Source: Octopus vulgaris
Taxonomy: Eukaryota
Length of the DNA: 64,000 nt
Assembly: GCA_951406725.2 (NCBI GenBank)
Contig: OX597816.1
Coordinates: 22,568,001-22,632,000, forward strand
Reading direction: 5' to 3'
Part shown: positions 39,723 to 52,972 of the stretch, piece by piece
Layout of the letters: the number at the start of each line of letters is the position of its first letter
Numbering within the stretch: position 1 is the first letter of the stretch
Translations under genes and position numbers: made by a program
The notes under the pieces: generated by a model
Seen by the model: the letters and a program-made list of their open reading frames with translations, nothing else
Databases searched by the model: none
Told to the model about the DNA's origin: nothing

Positions 39723-40167
39723 AATCTCAATCAGTATTGGTTACTTTTCGCAGGTGTAACAACGAAGAATTTTGAGGAGTAGCTTATTTGTTTGATTCTG
39801 TAAAAAAAAAAAAAAAAGTTCTACAGAGACAGACTTATGGAGGGAGTTGCTTAAAAGGTACCGAAAATCACAAATGGCATTATCTTTTTAAAATTGAGAA
39901 GAAAATCCTCTGCAGACGATTCCAATCACACGCGCATTTGTCAATGACAAACGACGATCAATTTGGAAGCGTCATTGATGTTTCCCTTGAGCTGTTCATA
40001 AACTTCGAATAATTAGGCTTCTGTTAATGTTCGCGCCTACGATTCTGAAAGATAAATTGAAAGATTCAGCCCTGTGAATTGTGTCTCGTCATCTCTACAG
40101 AACGGAGTCAGAGCTTCTGCGGTACAGTTGATCATTCAAATTCTGTTCAAAGTTACCTAAAGTATAT

Positions 40168-40581
40168 ATTTCTTTTCTACCCACAAGGGGCTAAATATAG
40201 AAGGGACAAACAAGGACGGACAAAGGGATTAAGTCGATTACATCGACCCAGTGCGAAACTGGTACTTTATTTATCGACCCCGTGAGGATGAAAGGTAAAG
40301 TCGACCTCGGCGGAATTTGAACTCAGAACGTAACGACAGACGAAATACCTATTTCTATACTACCCACAAGGGGCTAAATACAGAGAGGACAAACAAGGAC
40401 CGATAAACGGATTATGCCGATTACATCGACCCTAGTGCGTAACTGGTACTTTATTTATCGATCCCGAGATGATGAAAGGCAAAGTCGACCTCGACGGAAT
40501 TTGAACTCAGACCATAACGGCAGACGAAATACTGCTACGCATTTCGCCCGGCGTGCTAACGTTTCTGCCAGCTCGCCGCCT
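40168..40581 (-). mobile_element. Family B SINE dimer
   Basis: Two units; TSD TACCTAAAGTATAT on both sides. Confidence 0.85.
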
Positions 40582-41981
40582 GATAGGCTACCTAAAGTAT
40601 ATCTTATAAAGAAATGAAAGGCTGGCGCACTGGTATGCTCTTGGAACAAAACCGACAGCTTGCGTTAGAATAGCGCGCATAAAGATATAACCAAACATAT
40701 CGCCAAATAAATATTGACGGTGAGCAACAAATAAATATCGGTTGATTAACTCGGAGACGGTGCTGGAGATGAATATCACCCTGGGAAAAATCAACAAACA
40801 CAAGGAGAGCCTTTGGTCTGTTTGTATGGCACGGCGTCAGTGAGGTCATCTTACTGATAAAAAACCGCGGTGGCAGTAGTACAGTAATTTTCTCAAAGTC
40901 TAGTAATGTTGTCTATCTATACTGAAGGACATGTAAGAAGTGCTCAACTTTGCTGAAGCTTATACAGAGTCGAGTAATAGAAGTATAGGCATGTTTATGT
41001 ACGCCAGAAAAAAAACAGCCTTCTGTTCGAAAGGCTTGGTGTGGGTCAAGTGGACTGACTAGGATGGCTCTATTGATGTAGTAATGGGAGCTTTGATATT
41101 CCTGGCGTATGCGATCTTATAAGCTCCTTATTTTAGTTAAATTTCATACGAAATTCCTATCAGTAGCTTTGCCAATATAGGGACGATGCATTGACAGTAT
41201 CCAGAGAAATGAAGTTACGCATATATGATAATATAAGTAACGATCTAAATCTTGCACTCAATCGTCTCAGGCCCAAAGCAGCAATAGCGTCAGACTTGAT
41301 AGTACATAATTTCATAAATGTCACGTTGATCCGAGGCACAAATTCCTATATCATCCTTCGAGAACCAAAAAAAAAAAGGTTCAATTTTCTGTCATTCTTC
41401 AATACTTTTGAAAGGCTTAGTCAATGATATTAGCCCCCAAAATCCCCAAACCACCTCCTAATAAGATTTTCCACGATAAGGCTCTTAACATAAAAAGGTC
41501 ACTCTCAGTTTCACTCTCTTTTGGTTCCTTCTATATTATTTCTCTTTCTTTGGTACCCTCTAAAATTCAACAACAAGAACCCTTTCCTATCAGACAAACG
41601 CATACACAAAATATATTGTGTCAAACATTTACTATCTGCGTGCTGAATGGCGATTACAAGGAACGATCGAGGCTTGTTTTATTGTCATTATGTTTTTTCT
41701 TCTCTGAGCTTTGTTCCGGCTTCTTTACATTATCAATGATGCGTGTAGGCCTGATGTGGTATCTGCAGAATTCCGGTACAAAAGGGTCTAAACAATAATC
41801 TTCAATTCACCCATGAATGTAACAGCAAAAAATGCAAACCACTAGATTCTTTATTTAAGGCCACAGTTTATTGGATTCATTATGATAACAATAACAATGT
41901 GTGTCTGCATATATGTGCAATTGTATATATATATATGTGTGTGTGTATATGTATGTATATATTTATGTCTTGTATGCATAT

Positions 41982-42066
<85 letters not shown>

Positions 42067-42182
42067 CTGTACATTTAAACACAAATAGAAATTACCTATA
42101 ACAGGCTATTTCTGCACGCTAGGAAACAGTCAAAACGACCGAAGACCCCAAAAAAAATTAAGCAATTTCAAAGGGAAATTGC

Positions 42183-42220
<38 letters not shown>

Positions 42221-43604
42221 ATACACATTCAGGCAAATGCATGCATATATAATATATGTAAGTATTAAGTTTTGAAATTTATCCCATATATAGAAATACA
42301 ACTATTACGTGCAAGTGTGTCTGCGAGCGTGTGTATGTGCGTGCACGCGTGTGTGTGTGTGTGTATGTGTGTGTTTGTGTGTAATCATGCGTATTTAATC
42401 TTGTGTATATCTTACCTGGGAAAAATCTTTTTTTCTGAACAAACATTTGTGAGATGGTTGCCAAATCGGTTAAGACTGTATTCTTTATTCATACCATGTA
42501 ATCCACACTTGTTTTATACCTGTGCTATTTTATTTCTTCGATTCCTATTTTCTCATACGGAAGTAGTTATGCTTTAGATACTTTCTACGAAATCGTGACA
42601 CCCAAATATATACCGCGATGCGTGACATTTTGAGCAAGTAACATGCTGCATACATTATGAATTAAATTTAATTTGTAGAGATAAAAATTCTGCGAAGCCT
42701 CTCAATGAAATATCACTTGCCACGCTGATTCTATAGAATTTGCAGTCGCTTGTTTGCTAATACCTAGGGGACAGATGGTTTAGCGTATGTCCTTTCCAAA
42801 TCGCCAAACCTTCCATCATAATGGTGTGATACATTTTTTTATTTCGTCTATACACAGACACACACACACACACACACCTGTACTTTTATCAGGCAACACC
42901 TGTCATTAGTGCGCATACGTTTATTTACTATGCGTTCCCTACAGGTTTTTATTTCATATTTTATCGATTCTTATCTATTTTTTTCTTCTTATAGGACTTT
43001 TGTGAATAGGGAATAAGAGTATGTGTGTATGTACGTATAAAATATATGTGTGTTTGTGTCTATACCTAAGTATACAAATACGGGATATAATTCGTCAAAG
43101 CATCCAAGCAGTCTAGCCTCCGATCATATAAACCAATACACTACAAATTATAAATATACAGTACAGATGTATACACAAAAACACACAAGAACGCAGAAAT
43201 TCAAAATGATCACAAGTATGTCGAACGTCGGTGGTGTCTTGCATCAATTCATGTCCTTAGCGTTTATTTCTGTTTATTATTCTCTCTATGCTAATGCGTA
43301 AATAGCGTGACATATCAGCGATTAGAGGTGTCTATTACTGTGTGATGAGATCAACTAATTCCTTTTGATGGAAGGAACATTTACTGATATCCACCTCCAG
43401 CAGCCGATAGCCGTTATAATTTAATTTATCGACCTTGGAATAATGAAAAACAATTTCGAGTTTGGCATGATTTATCGTCAGAACTTAACTAAAACCGGAA
43501 GCCATTTCGTCTAATGTCCTACGATGCTTCCAATCAATTCCTTTAACACTGTTACGGCCTTGTCCTTCCTTGGCTTGAAACACCATTCACTTGAGGGAAC
43601 AGTG

Positions 43605-44208
43605 AGGTGGTGAGCTGGCAGAAACGTTAGCACCCCGGGCGAAATGCTTTGTGGTATTTCGTCTGCCGCTACGTTCTGAGTTCAAATTCCGCCGAGGTCG
43701 ACTTTGCTTTTCATCCTTTCGGGGTCGATAAATTAAATACCAGTTACGCACTGGGGTCGATATAATCGACTTAATCCGTCTGTCTTTCCTTGTTTTTCCC
43801 CCTCTGTGTTCAGTCACTTGTGGGTAGTAAAGAAATAGGTATTTCGTCTGCTGCTACGTTCTGAGTTCAAATTCCGCCGAGGTCGACCTTGCCTTTCATC
43901 CTTTCAGGCTCGATAAATTAAATACCAGTTACGCACTGGGGTTGATATAATCGACTTAATCCGTCTGTCTTTCCTTGTTTTTCCCCCTCTGTGTTCAGTC
44001 CCTTGTGGGTAGTAAAGAAATAGGTATTTCGTCTGCCGCTACGTTCTGAGTTCAAATTTCGCCGAGGTCGACTATTGCCTTTCATCATTTTGGGGTCGAT
44101 AAATCAAGTACCAGCTACACACTGGGGTCAATGTAATCAACTTAATCCGTTTGTCTGTCCTTGTTTGTTTCCTCTTTGTTTAGCCCTATGTGAGCAATAA
44201 ATAAATAA
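43605..44208 (+). mobile_element. Family B SINE trimer, 185-bp period
   Basis: GGTATTTCGTCTG recurs at 43653, 43838 and 44023. TSD GGAACAGTGA at 43596 and 44209. Confidence 0.9.
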
Positions 44209-44901
44209 GGAACAGTGAAAGCGGTGTCAAGAAAGATAGTGTGTCTTGAACCCATTGCGGCCAGTCGGAGCCTATCTTTTGCAGAACTCATCATCACCGA
44301 TTTCTTCCACAAGAAGCGGAAGATGGTAGACTGTTAGAAATAAATCGGAAGAGTGAGAAAAAAGTCGGTAACAATAAAGGACAACTACGTTATTTATTGA
44401 TCCAGAAAAGATGACTGACATTGTTCATATCAGAAAAAATTAAACTGTTAGCTTAGAGAACTGAGACGGTTATGCAATTATATCTATAACTACCCTGTAA
44501 TAATTCCGTCCATCGGTGGCCTTCGCGTCCATCAAATATAATTTAGCGTTAATTAAATATATGAGCACAATATAGGTATATAAGATTTAGTTTCCTTTCA
44601 CTAATTGTTTGCGTGATTAATTTCGCCCTGTCTCTCCAGTTAGGTTTATTTTAATATTTCCCATTGTATATTTCTGTTTGTCTTTCATTTCATAAAAGAC
44701 AAACAAAGGATTCGTTTTATAAATATGTTTACAAGAATTAATGACTATATCATCCTTAAATATATGACAGCTGAAGGTAAAATATAATATATATATATCA
44801 ATCAGATATTTGTTTATTTCAAACCTTTACGAGTATGTATTGTTCAGTATGTATTTTGCTTGTTTTTCAGTTTGTTATTGTAATACGTGTTCAGACTTAG
44901 A

Positions 44902-44944
<43 letters not shown>

Positions 44945-45752
44945 TTATATAGGTATATATATATATATATATATAGTAAGGAAATTTTTTTTTTTTTTTT
45001 TTTTTTTTTAAATGCAGAATGCTCAAATGAAAGAAAATTTTAATAAAATGAGAAAATGATAAAATATATAAATATATATTTATTCAGCCGGTTTTCGTCA
45101 TTGTATGACTTGTCAAGAATATTTATGTTTTAAGAAGTTTTTTTAAAAATTAGAAAGGGGAAAAAAGAAAATTGCATTGTTTTTTGTAAAAGAATAATGA
45201 TAAAAATGTACAGAAATTGAAAAATAAGTTCTCCGATACATTGTGAGTTCGTTGTGTATCTTGAGTTTTATGGTTGTTTACCAAAAAATTACCTTGAGGT
45301 GTTAAGATCCAAAGGGATTAAGAGCATGTGATGTGTTGTGTTGTTAAATTCAGCATGTTGCAGGACAGGAAGTAGTAGTAATTGTGGTCCTGGTTCTTCA
45401 GTTCCTGTGTTGTGAGTAAGGGGAGACAACTCTTTTGAGTTCTTCAATAAAACCCAAATTATAAAACTATCATTTTAGCTTCATTTGCATTATCTTTTTT
45501 ATATAATTGCTTGTTAACTTAACTTTCAGATTTTAACACTTTATTTATATTATTTTCTAATAATATAAATCTGCATAGACAATTGCATTTCAAATTGTCA
45601 TATCATTTATAATAAAAATGATAGTAATAACAACAATAGTAAAAATGATATTTAAAGAATATAAGTTTTAGCTTGAAGTGATGAATGCATGGTATCTTTA
45701 TATATTTGTGTTAGTCCATCCATGAAGAGTGAGGTAGAGAAAGGAAGTTTGA

Positions 45753-46178
45753 TCAACGAGGAGTTTGCATATTAAGTTGTGTTTGGAATTTTTCAATAAA
45801 GAGATTCTCCTTGTTAATTCTCTCCTGTGTGGTGATCCCGTCTTTACATTGGTAGAAGGGGAATATATAGAATTTGGGGTTTAAGTCTTTAGCACATGAG
45901 TCTAAGTGGTCACTCAGTGGAATTTGTCGGTATTCCGGGAGATTTATTTGTTCTTTATGCACCGTTACTCGTTTACGTAACGGGAGACTCGTTTGTCCAA
46001 CATAATTATGTTGGCAACCAGCGCATGTGAGAACGTAGATAAGGTTCTCGGAGGAACAGGAGAAGTTAGTCTTGATTTTAAACTTCGTACCTTGTTTGAA
46101 GGTAAATTCAGAGCCTTCAAGTAGAAAGGGGCAGGTACCACAGTTTGAGCGTGCACATTTTTTTACTGTTGGGGGTTT
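45753..46178 (-). pseudogene. Penelope-like element GIY-YIG endonuclease (5'-truncated, frame open)
   Basis: Continuous frame KPPTVKKCARSNCGTCPFLL..NFSCSSENLIYVLTCAGCQHNYVGQTSLPLRKRVTVHKEQI..LSDHL..ERINKENLFIEKFQTQLN. It contains LIY..CxxC..YVG, the conserved R and E, and the CCHH motif. The ORF track shows only its 3' part. Confidence 0.9.
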
Positions 46179-46305
46179 ATGTGCACGCTCAAACTGTGGT
46201 ACCCCACCATTTATTGATCTATATATATATATGTATGTTGTTACGATAATGTTTTACTTGGAAAAATTCTTCTCCTCACTCACACCCTTCTTCTTTCGAT
46301 GTTGC

Positions 46306-46563
46306 AAGGTGGCTTTTAACGGGTGGAGAGCTGAACCATCATGGGGTACAGAGTTACACCATGGTACTTCTGCTTTGTGTCAGAAGTAGGAAGAAAGAGT
46401 GAGAGAAAGTTGTGGTGAAAGAGTACAGCAAGGTTCACCACTCCTCCCTGCCGGAGCTTCGTGGTGCTTAAGTGTTTTTCCTCAATAAACACTCTGGGAA
46501 TCGAAACCGCGTTCTTACGACCCCGAGTCCGCTGCCCTAACCACTGGGTCATTGCGCCTCCAC
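46306..46563 (-). mobile_element. Family C SINE, tail type 2
   Basis: Head GTGGAGGCGCAATGACCCAGTGGTTAGGGCAGCGG and B-box GGTTTCGATTCCC. Confidence 0.8.
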
Positions 46564-48429
46564 GGATTGTAGCTGCTTTCGACGATAGCGTTTTGACTAA
46601 AGGTTGCTCTGCGCAAGTTTTCAGGCTGTGGCCATCTCATTTAATGTTGAGGAAGTATATCCATGACTACGTAATTTGTTGTGTTGCTTCGTTGTAATGA
46701 TATAAACGAATGTGAACTATGTTGCTCTTAATCACGGTTCAACTACGACAAAATAAACCTTTCATAAACGCTTCTATCGATACCATCACATCTTACTCTC
46801 TCAATCGATCACATAGCGTATATCCCTTTACCTAGAAAGAAAGAGACTCTTTGATCGGCTTGTCATTTACTATAACAATGTCTACTTCTTTCTTACAACG
46901 GAACAACAGATATTTCATACTGGTAATAAATCAACGGAACAATCCTATGATGGGGAGAATTTTTATGTGGTCAAGTCTTGCTAGAAATAGCAACAAAATG
47001 TTCCTAAATAGCACCCTCTTGTAATGAAAATCAAGACATACATCAGATAATGCAGTCTAGCATACTGAATGTTCTAGTAAACATCATGGCTTGGACGATT
47101 TCGATTATTTGTCTGCTCAGTCAGGAATGAAATGTCTCTATACAACAACATCAACGATACGATGACATGCGGTATAGAACAAAACGTTGCTTTGCTTTTA
47201 AGTACAGTCATAAATTAGTCTTCAAGTAGCAATCATTTTATAAATCCCATCCTCGAAGGACGAAATAGAAACGCACCACTGGTAAGTCTTTAACTATTAA
47301 AGTAGGTAACGTTAAATCTATTTCTTTACTACCCTCAAGGGGCTAAACACAGAGGGGACAAACAAGGACAGACAAACGGATTAAGTCTTTTATATCGACC
47401 CCAGTGCGTAACTGTTACTTATATAATCGACCCCGAAAGGATGAAAGGCAAAGTCAACCTCGACGGAATTTGAACTCAGAACGTAGCGGCAGACGGAATA
47501 CCGCAAAGCATTTGGCCCGACGTGCTAACGTTTCTGCCAGCTCGCCGCCTAGGTAACGTTTAATCGCCAGTTTTATGGCTACTACTATATGCATACTCAC
47601 GAAACGACAGTAATAAATAGGAGTAGGGTGCATTTGTTTATATTAATCCAATCATTTCATCTGCGCATATAGAGCTATGTAGTTAAGATATTCGAATTAA
47701 ATTTTCGTAGCATAGTAATATTAGGTAATTTCTATTATAGCCACGGTTTGAACAAAATTTACAAGAGAAATTTTACGCACAGACACCTTTAGGTGGACTA
47801 TCGGTGGAAGACTTATTGTTTTGCGAATGCATAATTAAAGCAACGTCGAGTTTAAAATCACAACAGAATCCACCGCTAAATTATTTGCTGGATTCACTTT
47901 TGTAAGTATTCAAGTTAATCACAGAGATATTATAAAACATCATTACCGCTCTCCTCTGCTAAATTTCCATTCAAAAATAAATATTAAGCGCATCATAGAC
48001 ACAGGGGTTGCAAAATGTTAAGTTAGTATCAACGGGTTTTGAACTCGTATCAATAACACAATATCTATCACAGAAACTCGTGCTCATAAACATCATATAT
48101 ATATAGAGTGAATAGATTCATTGGAGACTCTATGATTTATTATGCATCGAAGCACAATTCATATAATTACCAAACCTAAAACAGCAGCAGGAACCGTTTG
48201 AGGCAGGGTGGAGTCTGATGTGACATTCTATCTTCCAATCGGCCACTGATATTTTTCAAATAAAATGCAGAAAACTTTAATTGAATAGTACATTAAGGTT
48301 TCTTCTCACGCTCATATTGTTGTCAATAAATTTCTTAAATATCATTTGTATGCTAATACATGTTCATGTTTTACGCAACAACATGACAAGTAATTAAATG
48401 TCTGTATGAGCAGATTCAATTATACACAA

Positions 48430-48430
48430 T

Positions 48431-48497
<67 letters not shown>

Positions 48498-48588
48498 TAT
48501 ACATACATATACATATATATATGTATATATACATACATATACATATATATATATGTATGTATATATATACATATATATATACATATAC

Positions 48589-48638
<50 letters not shown>

Positions 48639-48664
48639 ATATATATACATATATATATATATAC

Positions 48665-48721
<57 letters not shown>

Positions 48722-48754
48722 CATATACATATACATATATATATATACATATGC

Positions 48755-48812
<58 letters not shown>

Positions 48813-48817
48813 GTATG

Positions 48818-48856
<39 letters not shown>

Positions 48857-48939
48857 GTATGTATATATATATATATATATATATAAATATATATATATGT
48901 ATATATATGTATATATATATATGCACACATACATATGTA

Positions 48940-48985
<46 letters not shown>

Positions 48986-48995
48986 CATATGTATG
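48430..48995. repeat. Long (TA)n-based compound microsatellite
   Basis: About 560 bp of TA/CA/TG dinucleotides. Similar shorter tracts occur throughout (e.g. 20000-20350, 20755-20950, 41990-42065). Confidence 0.95.
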
Positions 48996-49905
48996 TGTGC
49001 ATAATGTACACATATGTAGGATTATGGAAGCATATATGTGTGTTACTTATATTACATATATTACTGTTGCTGAAGTTGACAGGAGTGTGATATTATAGAA
49101 ATTAAGAAATGTAGAAACACTAAAATGATTTGAGAATGAATGGAAATAATCGGTTTATATGTGCAGATTTAAAATTGCATTTCTGAATGATAATTACACA
49201 GCGGAATAGTTTTTCTAATAAAGCAAAAATGACGTCAGTATCTTTTTATTATTATTTTTTTTCTTTTTATCATTTGCAATGATTAAAAATGACATATTCT
49301 AAAAGCGAAGTCATAAAATAATGAAATCTAGACATGGCAGTTCGCAAAGACAGCATATAATATTAATATGTTTAACATGTAGGGAAGAAGAATACAAGGT
49401 ACATTTGATGTAGGATGTATCGAATGGTGTAAACAACAACAAAATATTAATTCTTTCTCAACTTAATTGTTATCTAGTTCGTCACTTCGAAAAAGAAAAT
49501 TTAATAAGAGATGAGAAAACATAATTCGTTAGGAAAATAAATATTATACTGACTGACGTTTAGTTAAGATAAGTGGGGGAAATGTAGCCAACATATTTGA
49601 GATACAGACAGACAGAATAGACTAACAGTAGAATAAGAAAAACAATAGAGAAAGGAAATGCTTTCATCAAACATTGGAAGGATTCACAGTTGTTCTGAAT
49701 ATTATATCCAAACACTTAAATAATGTGAAATCCTGGATGATATTACTAATATCATATACGAGTTTACGATGTATTCCAATAGAGATTCGGCGTTTTCAAA
49801 GCCTGTTTATTAAGGGTACATCGTCTTCTTGGTTCCCTGTTCAGTGGGGATGTAGACAGGGCGAGCCTCTCTCTCCATATATTTTTATCCCATGCGTTGA
49901 AATGC

Positions 49906-50397
<492 letters not shown>

Positions 50398-50910
50398 CAA
50401 TTTCTCGAACAAATTACAATTTTTATATCTCTTGCACTACATAAACTCACATAGATATAAATCAACCATACAAAGGTGGGTGCCACAGCGTTGTTTATTA
50501 CCTTGCTTCACAAACGCCCGTGTACTCTCCACTTGTTGCATGTGGGTACCATGTTTTCAGTTAATGAACCCAACTTTGTGGTTCAGCATTCTATGTTCAA
50601 AACTGCATCTAGCAAGTTTAGGAATGTGAGAGTACGCCCTTCACAAATCGCTGAAAATAGCGGTTCCTGGAAGAATCAAGTAACATATTCATTTCTCCAG
50701 TATGTCGAAGTTCTGAAATAGCACCGCATAAAGAAAAACCTGTCAGGTATTGTGACACACTCCTCTGATAACTCACTGCTCACGTAGGACCCTTCCTCAG
50801 TTGTATTTACACCTTAAGAAGACTGCTTCGTCAATCTCAACAATCTTCCCAGGATTGCCAATCTTAAATGGATGACAAACAGGTCCTCCGCACATATTTC
50901 CCTACAGCTG
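50398..50910 (-). pseudogene. Merlin (IS1595/ISXO2-like) DDE transposase remnant
   Basis: CREIC..KIGNPGKIVEIDEAVF..KYN*GR..ILPGTAIFSDL*RAY..HRMLNH..GTHMQQVEST..YLCEFM*, with several stops; not in the ORF track. Confidence 0.88.
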
Positions 50911-51887
50911 TGCAATGGACTCATCCGCAGTTCTTCTACACAAAAGTAGACTGAAGCCAATTCTTTGACCTATAAGTAAAGGAAATGTAGTACTTTTGTC
51001 TAGTTCCTGAAGAATTTACCCGGTTTGAAATTCAGGTAATAATTAACAGATGGACGAAAAGAATAATTACACCAATGGGTAGAATTGCGGTAATAAAATC
51101 ACTACTCGTCTCAAAATTGAACAACCTCTTCCTTACTCAACCAAATCCACAGGGTAAATGTCTTCAGGAACTAAACAAAATATTTTTAAAATTTCTATGG
51201 AGTAGAAAACCGCAAAAAAATTAAGAGAGTCGTTGTTTGTAACCCTGTTAAAGAAGATGGACTTTGTATGGTAGAAGCTTTTGCTTACGTCAACGCTTTA
51301 AAACTATCCTGGATGAGAAGGTTGATGGACATTCAATGTGAATCCAAATGGAAACTCTTATGCCATGCTTCCTCCACAAAACTGAGAAATTTTGCTGTAT
51401 TTGGTAACGTTTTCCCCAGCAAAGTATCTAACACTATCAAGAATAAATTTTGACATGACTGTATTTCTGCCTTTGACAAGTTTACAAATAAGATCAAACC
51501 TAATTGCTTTGATTAATTCATAACGGAACCAATTTAATTTAGTAAAAATTTAAGGGTCGGTAAAGAGGCAATCTTCATTCCCGCGTGATTTGAGAGAGGT
51601 GTTAGCAAGATTCGTGACTTTATCAATTTATGTGGATCTTACCGTACCCTGGAAGAATTCCAGAATTTATTTAAACTAGATACAAAATTTCTCCTGTATA
51701 ATGGGCTTATGAAGGCGATTAAAAGCTACCAAAGTTTAAAATAAGGTAAACCTATTGCTTTCCAACATTTAGAGTTTAAAACAGCTATCCGAAAGCTTAT
51801 GCCTGTTAGGGAAGGGGCCAAACAATGTTGAAGTTTGTTTAATATTCAAACACAAATGGGAATAATACATGCTTACTAAACTGTAAT

Positions 51888-52111
51888 ACTCTCTCTCTTT
51901 TTACTCTTTTACTTGCTTCAGTCATTTTGACTGCGGCCATGCTGGAGCACCGCCTTTAATCGAGCAACTCGACCCCGGGACTTATTATTTGTAAGCTCAG
52001 TACTTATTCTATCGGTCTCTTTTTGCCGAACCGCTAAGTAACGGGGACATAAACATGCCAGCATCGGTTGTCAAGCAATGCTAGGGGGACACACACAGAC
52101 CCACAAACATA

Positions 52112-52171
<60 letters not shown>

Positions 52172-52339
52172 TACGACAGGCTTCTTTCAGTTTCCGTCTA
52201 CCAAATCCACTCACAAGGCTTTGGTCGGCCCGAGGCTATAGATGAAGACACATGCCCAAGGTGCGACGCAGTGGGACTGAACCCGGAACCATGTAGTTGG
52301 TAAACAAGCTACTTACCACACAGCCACTCCTGCGCCTAT
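51888..52339 (-). mobile_element. Family A SINE interrupting an L1/Tx1 remnant
   Basis: Full length; a further copy lies at 52646-53137(-). Confidence 0.85.
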
Positions 52340-52875
52340 GGAATGAGAACAAACATTTTACTTCATATAAAGACAACAACAGATAAGTTAGCAGTCAATT
52401 CTCTATTATTCAAGATTAAACTGGCCGAAAGCAACCTGTGCACGTTTTGTCAACGTGAGGTGGAGACGGTGTCACACCTTTTCCGGTATTGTGAATGTGT
52501 ACAAGTCTTCTGGCAATGCTTCTTAGATTTTCTGTATGAAAAGTGTATACTTGTTCGCAACGTGAAACTTGATCCACAGCTGATTCCATTGGGATTGAGA
52601 AAAAAACAGATATACTGATGGCATCTTTGACTTGCTAATATTATTATTCTTTTATTCTTTTATTTTGTCTCAGTCATTTGACTGCGGTCATGCTGGAGCA
52701 CCGCCTTTAGTCGAACAAATCGACCACAAGACATATACTTTGTAAGCCTAGTACTTATTCTATTGGTCTCTTTTGTAGAACCGCTAAGTTACGGGGGACA
52801 TAAACACACCAGCATCGGTTTTCAAGTGATGTTGGGACACACACACACACACAAACATGCACACACACACACATT

Positions 52876-52972
<97 letters not shown>

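Noticed and set aside
43653-44208. 185-bp SINE units as hammerhead retrozymes
   Set aside because: No CTGANGA core is seen on either strand of the unit.
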